Positions 1 to 8,000 of a stretch of DNA of 8,000 nt are shown here, piece after piece. The position numbers and the translations under genes are program-made. The DNA is from Naegleria gruberi (Eukaryota). Position 1 is the first letter of the stretch. Every line of letters starts with the position of its first letter. The notes under the pieces were generated by a model. The model did not search any database. It was not told where the DNA came from and saw only the letters and a list, made by a program, of their open reading frames with translations. Where the stretch lies: NCBI GenBank assembly GCA_000004985.1, contig GG739097.1, one strand, 5' to 3'.

Positions 1-1
1 T

Positions 2-849
2 GATAAGAAAGAGTTTGAAATTAACTTCTTAAAGTTAAAGACAAAGGCTAAAAATTTAAATCCGTCTAGAAGTTCCTTTGTTGGTGTTAGAAGAGGCACT
101 ATTGATTTTGACTCATCAGATTCCCTCTTTACAGGAAAGAAAACAAGTGAAACACTCTCTGAAAGCGAGAAATTTAATTTGGATTCAGATTCGGATTCAG
201 ATTCAGATAATGATCAAGCTGGTTCACAAATTTCCAAATCTTCTACAAAATCAACAAAGGATGATTCCAATATATTGTTGAACAATCCTGCATTCCTCAA
301 ACATTATAATGAGATAGTTGAGGAAAACCTACGCTTAAAAGTTGAACTTGCAAAATACAAACAAGTAGTCAACAAAATGAACGAAATGATGCGGGAAATG
401 GTTCAATGTTTAAATGAAAATCAAGATATCTTCCAATTATCTGATTTGACTATTCAACATGGTGATCAAGTAATAGTCTTAACTCATAAACAAAGGGCTG
501 AAATTTGTGAGCTTTCTGAGAAAACTGCTCAGATCTTACATGTTTGCTCATCAATTTTAAAGAAACCAATAACAGAGCTTGACGGATCAGAAAAGCAATT
601 ATTATTCAAGATTATTTTCGAATGTATGGGCAAAAGTATTGAGAGAAATAAGAGCAAGCTTACCAAGTACAAGAATGTTTTTAGAACAATCAAGAGCAAA
701 GCTAAAGCAAAATTGGAGGGTGAGAATTCAAATAGTGAATCCACTGTAAATGAATTTGAAGAGATACCTAAGAAGAAATCGAAGAAAGGTGATAATGAAT
801 CAAAGAAGAAGAATGAAAAGAACAACAGTAAGAAGAGAGTTAGAGAGGA
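2..849 (+). CDS. Hypothetical Lys/Asp/Ser-rich coiled-coil protein, partial at both ends: it starts upstream of the window and continues into the N block
   Basis: Frame 2 is open from nt 2 to the N boundary, 282 codons with no stop. That is very unlikely by chance in ~65-70% A+T DNA. The first in-frame ATG is near nt 376, far into clearly protein-like sequence, so the true start is upstream of the window. The ORF-track start at 179 is a TTG from a bacterial start table. The translation has an acidic DSDSDSDSDND tract, a heptad-like stretch (EENLRLKVELAKYKQVVNKMNEMMREM) and a basic Lys-rich NLS-like tail (KKKSKKGDNESKKKNEKNNSKKRVRE). Codon usage (AGA, CAA, AAG) is consistent with the other genes here. 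No family assignment is possible from memory. Confidence 0.6.
182..214 (+). repeat. Coding hexanucleotide microsatellite (GATTCR)x4 plus degenerate GATAAT GAT, encoding (Asp-Ser)4-Asp-Asn-Asp
   Basis: Read directly: gattca gattcg gattca gattca gataat gat, in frame with the + strand CDS. Confidence 0.85.
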
Positions 850-3800
850 NNNNNNNNNNNNNNNNNNNNNNNNNNNNNNNNNNNNNNNNNNNNNNNNNNN
901 NNNNNNNNNNNNNNNNNNNNNNNNNNNNNNNNNNNNNNNNNNNNNNNNNNNNNNNNNNNNNNNNNNNNNNNNNNNNNNNNNNNNNNNNNNNNNNNNNNNN
1001 NNNNNNNNNNNNNNNNNNNNNNNNNNNNNNNNNNNNNNNNNNNNNNNNNNNNNNNNNNNNNNNNNNNNNNNNNNNNNNNNNNNNNNNNNNNNNNNNNNNN
1101 NNNNNNNNNNNNNNNNNNNNNNNNNNNNNNNNNNNNNNNNNNNNNNNNNNNNNNNNNNNNNNNNNNNNNNNNNNNNNNNNNNNNNNNNNNNNNNNNNNNN
1201 NNNNNNNNNNNNNNNNNNNNNNNNNNNNNNNNNNNNNNNNNNNNNNNNNNNNNNNNNNNNNNNNNNNNNNNNNNNNNNNNNNNNNNNNNNNNNNNNNNNN
1301 NNNNNNNNNNNNNNNNNNNNNNNNNNNNNNNNNNNNNNNNNNNNNNNNNNNNNNNNNNNNNNNNNNNNNNNNNNNNNNNNNNNNNNNNNNNNNNNNNNNN
1401 NNNNNNNNNNNNNNNNNNNNNNNNNNNNNNNNNNNNNNNNNNNNNNNNNNNNNNNNNNNNNNNNNNNNNNNNNNNNNNNNNNNNNNNNNNNNNNNNNNNN
1501 NNNNNNNNNNNNNNNNNNNNNNNNNNNNNNNNNNNNNNNNNNNNNNNNNNNNNNNNNNNNNNNNNNNNNNNNNNNNNNNNNNNNNNNNNNNNNNNNNNNN
1601 NNNNNNNNNNNNNNNNNNNNNNNNNNNNNNNNNNNNNNNNNNNNNNNNNNNNNNNNNNNNNNNNNNNNNNNNNNNNNNNNNNNNNNNNNNNNNNNNNNNN
1701 NNNNNNNNNNNNNNNNNNNNNNNNNNNNNNNNNNNNNNNNNNNNNNNNNNNNNNNNNNNNNNNNNNNNNNNNNNNNNNNNNNNNNNNNNNNNNNNNNNNN
1801 NNNNNNNNNNNNNNNNNNNNNNNNNNNNNNNNNNNNNNNNNNNNNNNNNNNNNNNNNNNNNNNNNNNNNNNNNNNNNNNNNNNNNNNNNNNNNNNNNNNN
1901 NNNNNNNNNNNNNNNNNNNNNNNNNNNNNNNNNNNNNNNNNNNNNNNNNNNNNNNNNNNNNNNNNNNNNNNNNNNNNNNNNNNNNNNNNNNNNNNNNNNN
2001 NNNNNNNNNNNNNNNNNNNNNNNNNNNNNNNNNNNNNNNNNNNNNNNNNNNNNNNNNNNNNNNNNNNNNNNNNNNNNNNNNNNNNNNNNNNNNNNNNNNN
2101 NNNNNNNNNNNNNNNNNNNNNNNNNNNNNNNNNNNNNNNNNNNNNNNNNNNNNNNNNNNNNNNNNNNNNNNNNNNNNNNNNNNNNNNNNNNNNNNNNNNN
2201 NNNNNNNNNNNNNNNNNNNNNNNNNNNNNNNNNNNNNNNNNNNNNNNNNNNNNNNNNNNNNNNNNNNNNNNNNNNNNNNNNNNNNNNNNNNNNNNNNNNN
2301 NNNNNNNNNNNNNNNNNNNNNNNNNNNNNNNNNNNNNNNNNNNNNNNNNNNNNNNNNNNNNNNNNNNNNNNNNNNNNNNNNNNNNNNNNNNNNNNNNNNN
2401 NNNNNNNNNNNNNNNNNNNNNNNNNNNNNNNNNNNNNNNNNNNNNNNNNNNNNNNNNNNNNNNNNNNNNNNNNNNNNNNNNNNNNNNNNNNNNNNNNNNN
2501 NNNNNNNNNNNNNNNNNNNNNNNNNNNNNNNNNNNNNNNNNNNNNNNNNNNNNNNNNNNNNNNNNNNNNNNNNNNNNNNNNNNNNNNNNNNNNNNNNNNN
2601 NNNNNNNNNNNNNNNNNNNNNNNNNNNNNNNNNNNNNNNNNNNNNNNNNNNNNNNNNNNNNNNNNNNNNNNNNNNNNNNNNNNNNNNNNNNNNNNNNNNN
2701 NNNNNNNNNNNNNNNNNNNNNNNNNNNNNNNNNNNNNNNNNNNNNNNNNNNNNNNNNNNNNNNNNNNNNNNNNNNNNNNNNNNNNNNNNNNNNNNNNNNN
2801 NNNNNNNNNNNNNNNNNNNNNNNNNNNNNNNNNNNNNNNNNNNNNNNNNNNNNNNNNNNNNNNNNNNNNNNNNNNNNNNNNNNNNNNNNNNNNNNNNNNN
2901 NNNNNNNNNNNNNNNNNNNNNNNNNNNNNNNNNNNNNNNNNNNNNNNNNNNNNNNNNNNNNNNNNNNNNNNNNNNNNNNNNNNNNNNNNNNNNNNNNNNN
3001 NNNNNNNNNNNNNNNNNNNNNNNNNNNNNNNNNNNNNNNNNNNNNNNNNNNNNNNNNNNNNNNNNNNNNNNNNNNNNNNNNNNNNNNNNNNNNNNNNNNN
3101 NNNNNNNNNNNNNNNNNNNNNNNNNNNNNNNNNNNNNNNNNNNNNNNNNNNNNNNNNNNNNNNNNNNNNNNNNNNNNNNNNNNNNNNNNNNNNNNNNNNN
3201 NNNNNNNNNNNNNNNNNNNNNNNNNNNNNNNNNNNNNNNNNNNNNNNNNNNNNNNNNNNNNNNNNNNNNNNNNNNNNNNNNNNNNNNNNNNNNNNNNNNN
3301 NNNNNNNNNNNNNNNNNNNNNNNNNNNNNNNNNNNNNNNNNNNNNNNNNNNNNNNNNNNNNNNNNNNNNNNNNNNNNNNNNNNNNNNNNNNNNNNNNNNN
3401 NNNNNNNNNNNNNNNNNNNNNNNNNNNNNNNNNNNNNNNNNNNNNNNNNNNNNNNNNNNNNNNNNNNNNNNNNNNNNNNNNNNNNNNNNNNNNNNNNNNN
3501 NNNNNNNNNNNNNNNNNNNNNNNNNNNNNNNNNNNNNNNNNNNNNNNNNNNNNNNNNNNNNNNNNNNNNNNNNNNNNNNNNNNNNNNNNNNNNNNNNNNN
3601 NNNNNNNNNNNNNNNNNNNNNNNNNNNNNNNNNNNNNNNNNNNNNNNNNNNNNNNNNNNNNNNNNNNNNNNNNNNNNNNNNNNNNNNNNNNNNNNNNNNN
3701 NNNNNNNNNNNNNNNNNNNNNNNNNNNNNNNNNNNNNNNNNNNNNNNNNNNNNNNNNNNNNNNNNNNNNNNNNNNNNNNNNNNNNNNNNNNNNNNNNNNN

Positions 3801-6433
3801 NNNNNNNNNNNNNNNNNNNNNNNNNNNNNNNNNNNNNNNNNNNNNNNNNNNNNNNNNNNNNNNNNNNNNNNNNNNNNNNNNNNNNNNNNNNNNNNNNNNN
3901 NNNNNNNNNNNNNNNNNNNNNNNNNNNNNNNNNNNNNNNNNNNNNNNNNNNNNNNNNNNNNNNNNNNNNNNNNNNNNNNNNNNNNNNNNNNNNNNNNNNN
4001 NNNNNNNNNNNNNNNNNNNNNNNNNNNNNNNNNNNNNNNNNNNNNNNNNNNNNNNNNNNNNNNNNNNNNNNNNNNNNNNNNNNNNNNNNNNNNNNNNNNN
4101 NNNNNNNNNNNNNNNNNNNNNNNNNNNNNNNNNNNNNNNNNNNNNNNNNNNNNNNNNNNNNNNNNNNNNNNNNNNNNNNNNNNNNNNNNNNNNNNNNNNN
4201 NNNNNNNNNNNNNNNNNNNNNNNNNNNNNNNNNNNNNNNNNNNNNNNNNNNNNNNNNNNNNNNNNNNNNNNNNNNNNNNNNNNNNNNNNNNNNNNNNNNN
4301 NNNNNNNNNNNNNNNNNNNNNNNNNNNNNNNNNNNNNNNNNNNNNNNNNNNNNNNNNNNNNNNNNNNNNNNNNNNNNNNNNNNNNNNNNNNNNNNNNNNN
4401 NNNNNNNNNNNNNNNNNNNNNNNNNNNNNNNNNNNNNNNNNNNNNNNNNNNNNNNNNNNNNNNNNNNNNNNNNNNNNNNNNNNNNNNNNNNNNNNNNNNN
4501 NNNNNNNNNNNNNNNNNNNNNNNNNNNNNNNNNNNNNNNNNNNNNNNNNNNNNNNNNNNNNNNNNNNNNNNNNNNNNNNNNNNNNNNNNNNNNNNNNNNN
4601 NNNNNNNNNNNNNNNNNNNNNNNNNNNNNNNNNNNNNNNNNNNNNNNNNNNNNNNNNNNNNNNNNNNNNNNNNNNNNNNNNNNNNNNNNNNNNNNNNNNN
4701 NNNNNNNNNNNNNNNNNNNNNNNNNNNNNNNNNNNNNNNNNNNNNNNNNNNNNNNNNNNNNNNNNNNNNNNNNNNNNNNNNNNNNNNNNNNNNNNNNNNN
4801 NNNNNNNNNNNNNNNNNNNNNNNNNNNNNNNNNNNNNNNNNNNNNNNNNNNNNNNNNNNNNNNNNNNNNNNNNNNNNNNNNNNNNNNNNNNNNNNNNNNN
4901 NNNNNNNNNNNNNNNNNNNNNNNNNNNNNNNNNNNNNNNNNNNNNNNNNNNNNNNNNNNNNNNNNNNNNNNNNNNNNNNNNNNNNNNNNNNNNNNNNNNN
5001 NNNNNNNNNNNNNNNNNNNNNNNNNNNNNNNNNNNNNNNNNNNNNNNNNNNNNNNNNNNNNNNNNNNNNNNNNNNNNNNNNNNNNNNNNNNNNNNNNNNN
5101 NNNNNNNNNNNNNNNNNNNNNNNNNNNNNNNNNNNNNNNNNNNNNNNNNNNNNNNNNNNNNNNNNNNNNNNNNNNNNNNNNNNNNNNNNNNNNNNNNNNN
5201 NNNNNNNNNNNNNNNNNNNNNNNNNNNNNNNNNNNNNNNNNNNNNNNNNNNNNNNNNNNNNNNNNNNNNNNNNNNNNNNNNNNNNNNNNNNNNNNNNNNN
5301 NNNNNNNNNNNNNNNNNNNNNNNNNNNNNNNNNNNNNNNNNNNNNNNNNNNNNNNNNNNNNNNNNNNNNNNNNNNNNNNNNNNNNNNNNNNNNNNNNNNN
5401 NNNNNNNNNNNNNNNNNNNNNNNNNNNNNNNNNNNNNNNNNNNNNNNNNNNNNNNNNNNNNNNNNNNNNNNNNNNNNNNNNNNNNNNNNNNNNNNNNNNN
5501 NNNNNNNNNNNNNNNNNNNNNNNNNNNNNNNNNNNNNNNNNNNNNNNNNNNNNNNNNNNNNNNNNNNNNNNNNNNNNNNNNNNNNNNNNNNNNNNNNNNN
5601 NNNNNNNNNNNNNNNNNNNNNNNNNNNNNNNNNNNNNNNNNNNNNNNNNNNNNNNNNNNNNNNNNNNNNNNNNNNNNNNNNNNNNNNNNNNNNNNNNNNN
5701 NNNNNNNNNNNNNNNNNNNNNNNNNNNNNNNNNNNNNNNNNNNNNNNNNNNNNNNNNNNNNNNNNNNNNNNNNNNNNNNNNNNNNNNNNNNNNNNNNNNN
5801 NNNNNNNNNNNNNNNNNNNNNNNNNNNNNNNNNNNNNNNNNNNNNNNNNNNNNNNNNNNNNNNNNNNNNNNNNNNNNNNNNNNNNNNNNNNNNNNNNNNN
5901 NNNNNNNNNNNNNNNNNNNNNNNNNNNNNNNNNNNNNNNNNNNNNNNNNNNNNNNNNNNNNNNNNNNNNNNNNNNNNNNNNNNNNNNNNNNNNNNNNNNN
6001 NNNNNNNNNNNNNNNNNNNNNNNNNNNNNNNNNNNNNNNNNNNNNNNNNNNNNNNNNNNNNNNNNNNNNNNNNNNNNNNNNNNNNNNNNNNNNNNNNNNN
6101 NNNNNNNNNNNNNNNNNNNNNNNNNNNNNNNNNNNNNNNNNNNNNNNNNNNNNNNNNNNNNNNNNNNNNNNNNNNNNNNNNNNNNNNNNNNNNNNNNNNN
6201 NNNNNNNNNNNNNNNNNNNNNNNNNNNNNNNNNNNNNNNNNNNNNNNNNNNNNNNNNNNNNNNNNNNNNNNNNNNNNNNNNNNNNNNNNNNNNNNNNNNN
6301 NNNNNNNNNNNNNNNNNNNNNNNNNNNNNNNNNNNNNNNNNNNNNNNNNNNNNNNNNNNNNNNNNNNNNNNNNNNNNNNNNNNNNNNNNNNNNNNNNNNN
6401 NNNNNNNNNNNNNNNNNNNNNNNNNNNNNNNNN
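850..6433. other. Masked or unsequenced block: 5,584 consecutive N
   Basis: Direct observation. N begins mid-codon at 850 and ends at 6433. The length is not a round number. Confidence 1.
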
Positions 6434-7374
6434 CATTCAGTAATCTTGAGATATGTAAGATTCTTACAATTTCCATTTGATAAAGAAGTATCAGTAATTT
6501 GGTAGTTTCTAATGTCCAAATATTCCAAGTTGGGCTTATTTTTCAATACTTCATTCTGAAATTCGTTACCTCTGTAACCGTATGTATGAGATGTTAAATG
6601 AGTAATTTGTTTCAAATATTTGGTACCCAAGCATGACCCAATTCCATCAAAATTATATGATACATCTAACTTCTTAACGGTTGACATAAACGCACTTCCA
6701 AATAATGCATCTGCTTCCGTTTTTTTAAACTTTTGCAGTTGCCTTAAGCTCAGTTCAGTTAAGTTTGGCATTTGACATTTCGTTAAATGCTTTACGGATG
6801 ATAGAATCAAATTATTACCAGAAATATCTAATGTGTGCAATTTATCCCATCTGATACCTTTTCTTGAAAGTGATTGAAATGAGCTAACAAGAGCACCAGA
6901 CAATTTCAAAGAAGTGACATTCTTAATTTGTGGACTTTTTACCAAAAGCTCAACATTCTTGGAAGCATTCACTTGTATTTCAACCCTGTCCACAACATCT
7001 TTCCACAATTTTGAAACATATCTACAATAAGCGAGATCATTAACATTCAAGAATTGGAAAATACTAAATAAATTGTCAGAATTCAAACGAGTGGACGAAA
7101 CTTTTTTTCTATGAATATCCACTTGTTTTAAAAACTCGTAAATATTTCCAACAAATTCATCAATTATTTCGCTATTGTACACAAAATAACGACTATCAAC
7201 AAGTTTCACCTTATTTGCCAATGAAATTAATTGTGAATTAACAGTCGTCATTTCTTCAAATAACACCGATTCAATATTTTCATCATCAAACATTTTTCCA
7301 TCATGACCATCGTGATGATCAGCAGCCGAAGGCTGTGATGATTCGTGCTTTCTCTTCTTTGTGTTGTTGGTCAT
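6434..7374 (-). CDS. F-box / leucine-rich-repeat protein (putative SCF ubiquitin-ligase substrate adaptor), N-terminal 313 aa; the 3' end is hidden in the N block
   Basis: The - strand ORF starts at ATG 7374-7372, preceded on the coding strand by A10 (plus-strand T run 7375-7384). An in-frame TAA lies 8 codons upstream (7396-7398 plus), so this is the first possible ATG. Residues ~97-135 (nt ~6970-7086) read LNSDNLFSIFQFLNVNDLAYCRYVSKLWKDVVDRV, which fits the F-box consensus (L..I...L....L.....VSK.W...V). Downstream are repeated LxxLxLxxN-type LRR units (NVTSLKLSG, KLHTLDISGNNL, MPNLTELSLRQL, VKKLDVSYN, NLEYLDIRNYQITD, CKNLTYLKITE). The N-terminus has a KKRKH basic patch and a His/Asp-rich stretch (DHHDGHDG). 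941 nt are open with no stop. Confidence 0.75.
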
Positions 7375-7480
7375 TTTTTTTTTTAAGTTTTTAATTAATA
7401 AAATTTTAAATATATTGCTTAATATTATTTAAATTGTGTAAATTAGTGAAATATTGAATGTTCAGTTTAGTAATTTGTAT
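7375..7480 (-). promoter_or_regulatory. 106-nt intergenic spacer between tandem - strand genes. It must hold the 3'-end formation signals of the SPRY gene and the core promoter/5' UTR of the F-box gene.
   Basis: ~88% A+T by my count (13 G/C in 106 nt). Reading the - strand after the SPRY stop: ATACAAATTACTAAACTGAACATTCAATATTTCACTAATTTACACAATTTAAATAATATTAAGCAATATATTTAAAATTTTATTAATTAAAAACTTAAAAAAAAAA-ATG. It contains ATATAT and AATAAT-like elements resembling yeast efficiency/positioning elements, a TATA-like ATATATTTAAAA about 40 nt upstream of the ATG, and an A10 pre-ATG tract. These are motif-level observations only. Confidence 0.4.
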
Positions 7481-7899
7481 TTAGTTGTATTGATGTTTTG
7501 CAGGTGATGCCATTCGAATAGGAGCATCTGGATTCAATTGATAATCTGTTTGTAAGAGTGGATACAGTGTAATTGTCTTTCTGGTACACATTGAAATAAT
7601 TGGGAAATACATGACAGATTGTGAGACTAAATCCTGAGTTCCAGTAATTGCTGATGCAATGTGAATTCCATTCTTGAAAAAGTTGACCTGTTTGGCATCG
7701 TAATCTATAATGACAGCAAATCGATCACCAACAGAGATCTTTCCAACAAATTCAGAACCTACAGTTCCATCAATAAAATCGCCAAACATTTTGAATGATT
7801 TGTTTTCGAGAATGTAACCAACTCCAGAGTTTCTTTCAACGAATTGAGCTATGGATTTGTCATTATTGAAATCTTCATAATCAGTTCCAATACCAAATG
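7481..7899 (-). CDS. SPRY/B30.2-domain protein, terminal coding exon (stop TAA at 7483-7481)
   Basis: The - strand frame is open from 7927 down to the TAA at 7483-7481. The translation is FGIGTDYEDFNNDKSIAQFVERNSGVGYILENKSFKMFGDFIDGTVGSEFVGKISVGDRFAVIIDYDAKQVNFFKNGIHIASAITGTQDLVSQSVMYFPIISMCTRKTITLYPLLQTDYQLNPDAPIRMASPAKHQYN. It matches the SPRY core pattern (vGwat...sGvgY...G.....f..GDviGvglDle.gtlsFtkNG..lg.aF.......lyPavsl.....v.lnf). The ORF-track entry 7481..7789 is only the part after an internal Met. An in-frame TGA at 7930-7928 (minus-strand order) lies upstream, so the exon is entered by splicing. Acceptor AG is at 7901-7900. Confidence 0.65.
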
Positions 7900-7965
7900 C
7901 TATTGTTAATTGATGGAGGTCAATTTGTCAATATTTCAAATATAGTAAATTTCCAATATACTTAC
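7900..7965 (-). other. Putative 66-nt spliceosomal intron in the SPRY gene (GTAAGT...TAG)
   Basis: - strand sequence: GTAAGTATATTGGAAATTTACTATATTTGAAATATTGACAAATTGACCTCCATCAATTAACAATAG. It has a canonical GTAAGT donor, a TAG acceptor and a TTAAC branch-like element 7 nt before AG. Removing it joins ...RYFLCGMHGMLA to FGIGTDYEDF... in frame: phase 1, with G from exon 1 plus CA from exon 2 giving Ala. RYF...G resembles the start of the SPRY core (G+hYfEv), so the domain runs across the junction. Confidence 0.5.
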
Positions 7966-8000
7966 CAACATTCCATGCATTCCACACAAGAAATATCTCA
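7966..8000 (-). CDS. Upstream exon fragment of the SPRY-domain gene; it continues beyond the window edge
   Basis: Only one - strand frame is open and also phase-compatible with the 7899 acceptor. It reads ...R Y F L C G M H G M L (A). The other frames are out of phase (frame with EIFLVWNAWNVG) or begin with TGA. This call depends on the intron call. Confidence 0.4.

Noticed and set aside
179-181. TTG at 179 as the start codon of the + strand gene
   Set aside because: This is a bacterial-style alternative start applied to what is evidently eukaryotic DNA. The same frame is open back to nt 2 with protein-like sequence, and there is no in-frame ATG until ~376. The gene simply begins upstream of the window.
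78-281. 67-aa + strand ORF (MLVLEEALLIL...)
   Set aside because: It is an alternate-frame ORF that lies entirely within the long frame-2 coding region. It has a TTG start and a low-complexity translation, with no independent support.
179-6505. The 2,108-aa + strand ORF in the track, and the similar giant ORFs 750..6443 (+), 800..6436 (-), 840..6476 (-) and the long tail of 529..7374 (-)
   Set aside because: They exist only because about 1,860 codons of N were translated as X and cannot contain stops. The only real parts are the 2..849 (+) and 6434..7374 (-) segments. The short peptide after the gap in each (e.g. HSVILRYVRFLQFPFDKEVSVIW) is a chance in-frame continuation. The F/L-rich sequence at the low-coordinate end of the 529..7374 (-) ORF is just the antisense of the Lys-rich + gene.
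6434-7374. Possible introns inside the F-box gene or the + strand gene (GTAAG-like strings such as cttac at ~6464-6468)
   Set aside because: The GTAAG occurrences are in frame within continuous, domain-coherent coding sequence (e.g. TGT AAG AAT = C K N). No stop codons interrupt either ORF, so no splicing is required.
7451-7460. AATATTGA resembling the giant-virus (Mimivirus) early promoter motif AAAATTGA; giant-virus origin considered because of the AT-richness plus F-box/LRR content
   Set aside because: It is a one-mismatch motif on the wrong strand relative to the neighbouring genes. The SPRY gene needs a spliceosomal intron, and the codon usage and A-rich Kozak context fit a fungal nuclear genome better.
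7481-7789. SPRY ORF taken as a stand-alone 102-aa protein starting at Met 7789
   Set aside because: It would be a SPRY domain missing its N-terminal half. The frame stays open and SPRY-like for a further 46 codons upstream, and a canonical intron links it to another exon. The Met is internal.
1-8000. rRNA/tRNA genes, CRISPR arrays, transposon ends or inverted repeats in the readable 2.4 kb
   Set aside because: None seen. There are no direct-repeat/spacer periodicity, no tRNA-like cloverleaf segments, and no terminal inverted repeats or transposase-like ORFs. All readable sequence is accounted for by three coding regions and one short AT-rich spacer.

Overview
Only 2,416 of the 8,000 nt are real sequence (1-849 and 6434-8000). 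Positions 850-6433 are one uninterrupted 5,584-nt run of N, so most of the window cannot be read. The readable DNA is AT-rich and looks like a eukaryotic, probably fungal or yeast-like, nuclear genome, not a prokaryote. The grounds are AGA/CAA/TTG-biased codons, an A-rich tract before an ATG, a ~88% A+T intergenic spacer, a canonical short GTAAGT...TAG intron, and F-box, LRR and SPRY domains. Three genes are visible and all are partial. (1) On the + strand, a Lys/Asp/Ser-rich coiled-coil protein is open from nt 2 and runs into the N block. It has no start in the window and contains a coding (GATTCR)n Asp-Ser repeat. (2) On the - strand, an F-box/leucine-rich-repeat protein starts at ATG 7374-7372 and runs left into the N block. 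It is convergent with gene 1, so both 3' ends are hidden. (3) On the - strand, a SPRY/B30.2-domain protein has its terminal exon at 7899-7481 with stop TAA at 7483-7481. A likely 66-nt intron lies at 7965-7900, and an upstream exon continues past the window edge. Genes 3 and 2 are tandem, separated by only 106 nt. The multi-kb ORFs in the supplied track are artefacts of translating N as X. No RNA genes, CRISPR arrays or mobile elements are detectable in the readable parts. If this locus holds a novel system, it most likely lies inside the masked 5.6 kb and cannot be assessed from this window.
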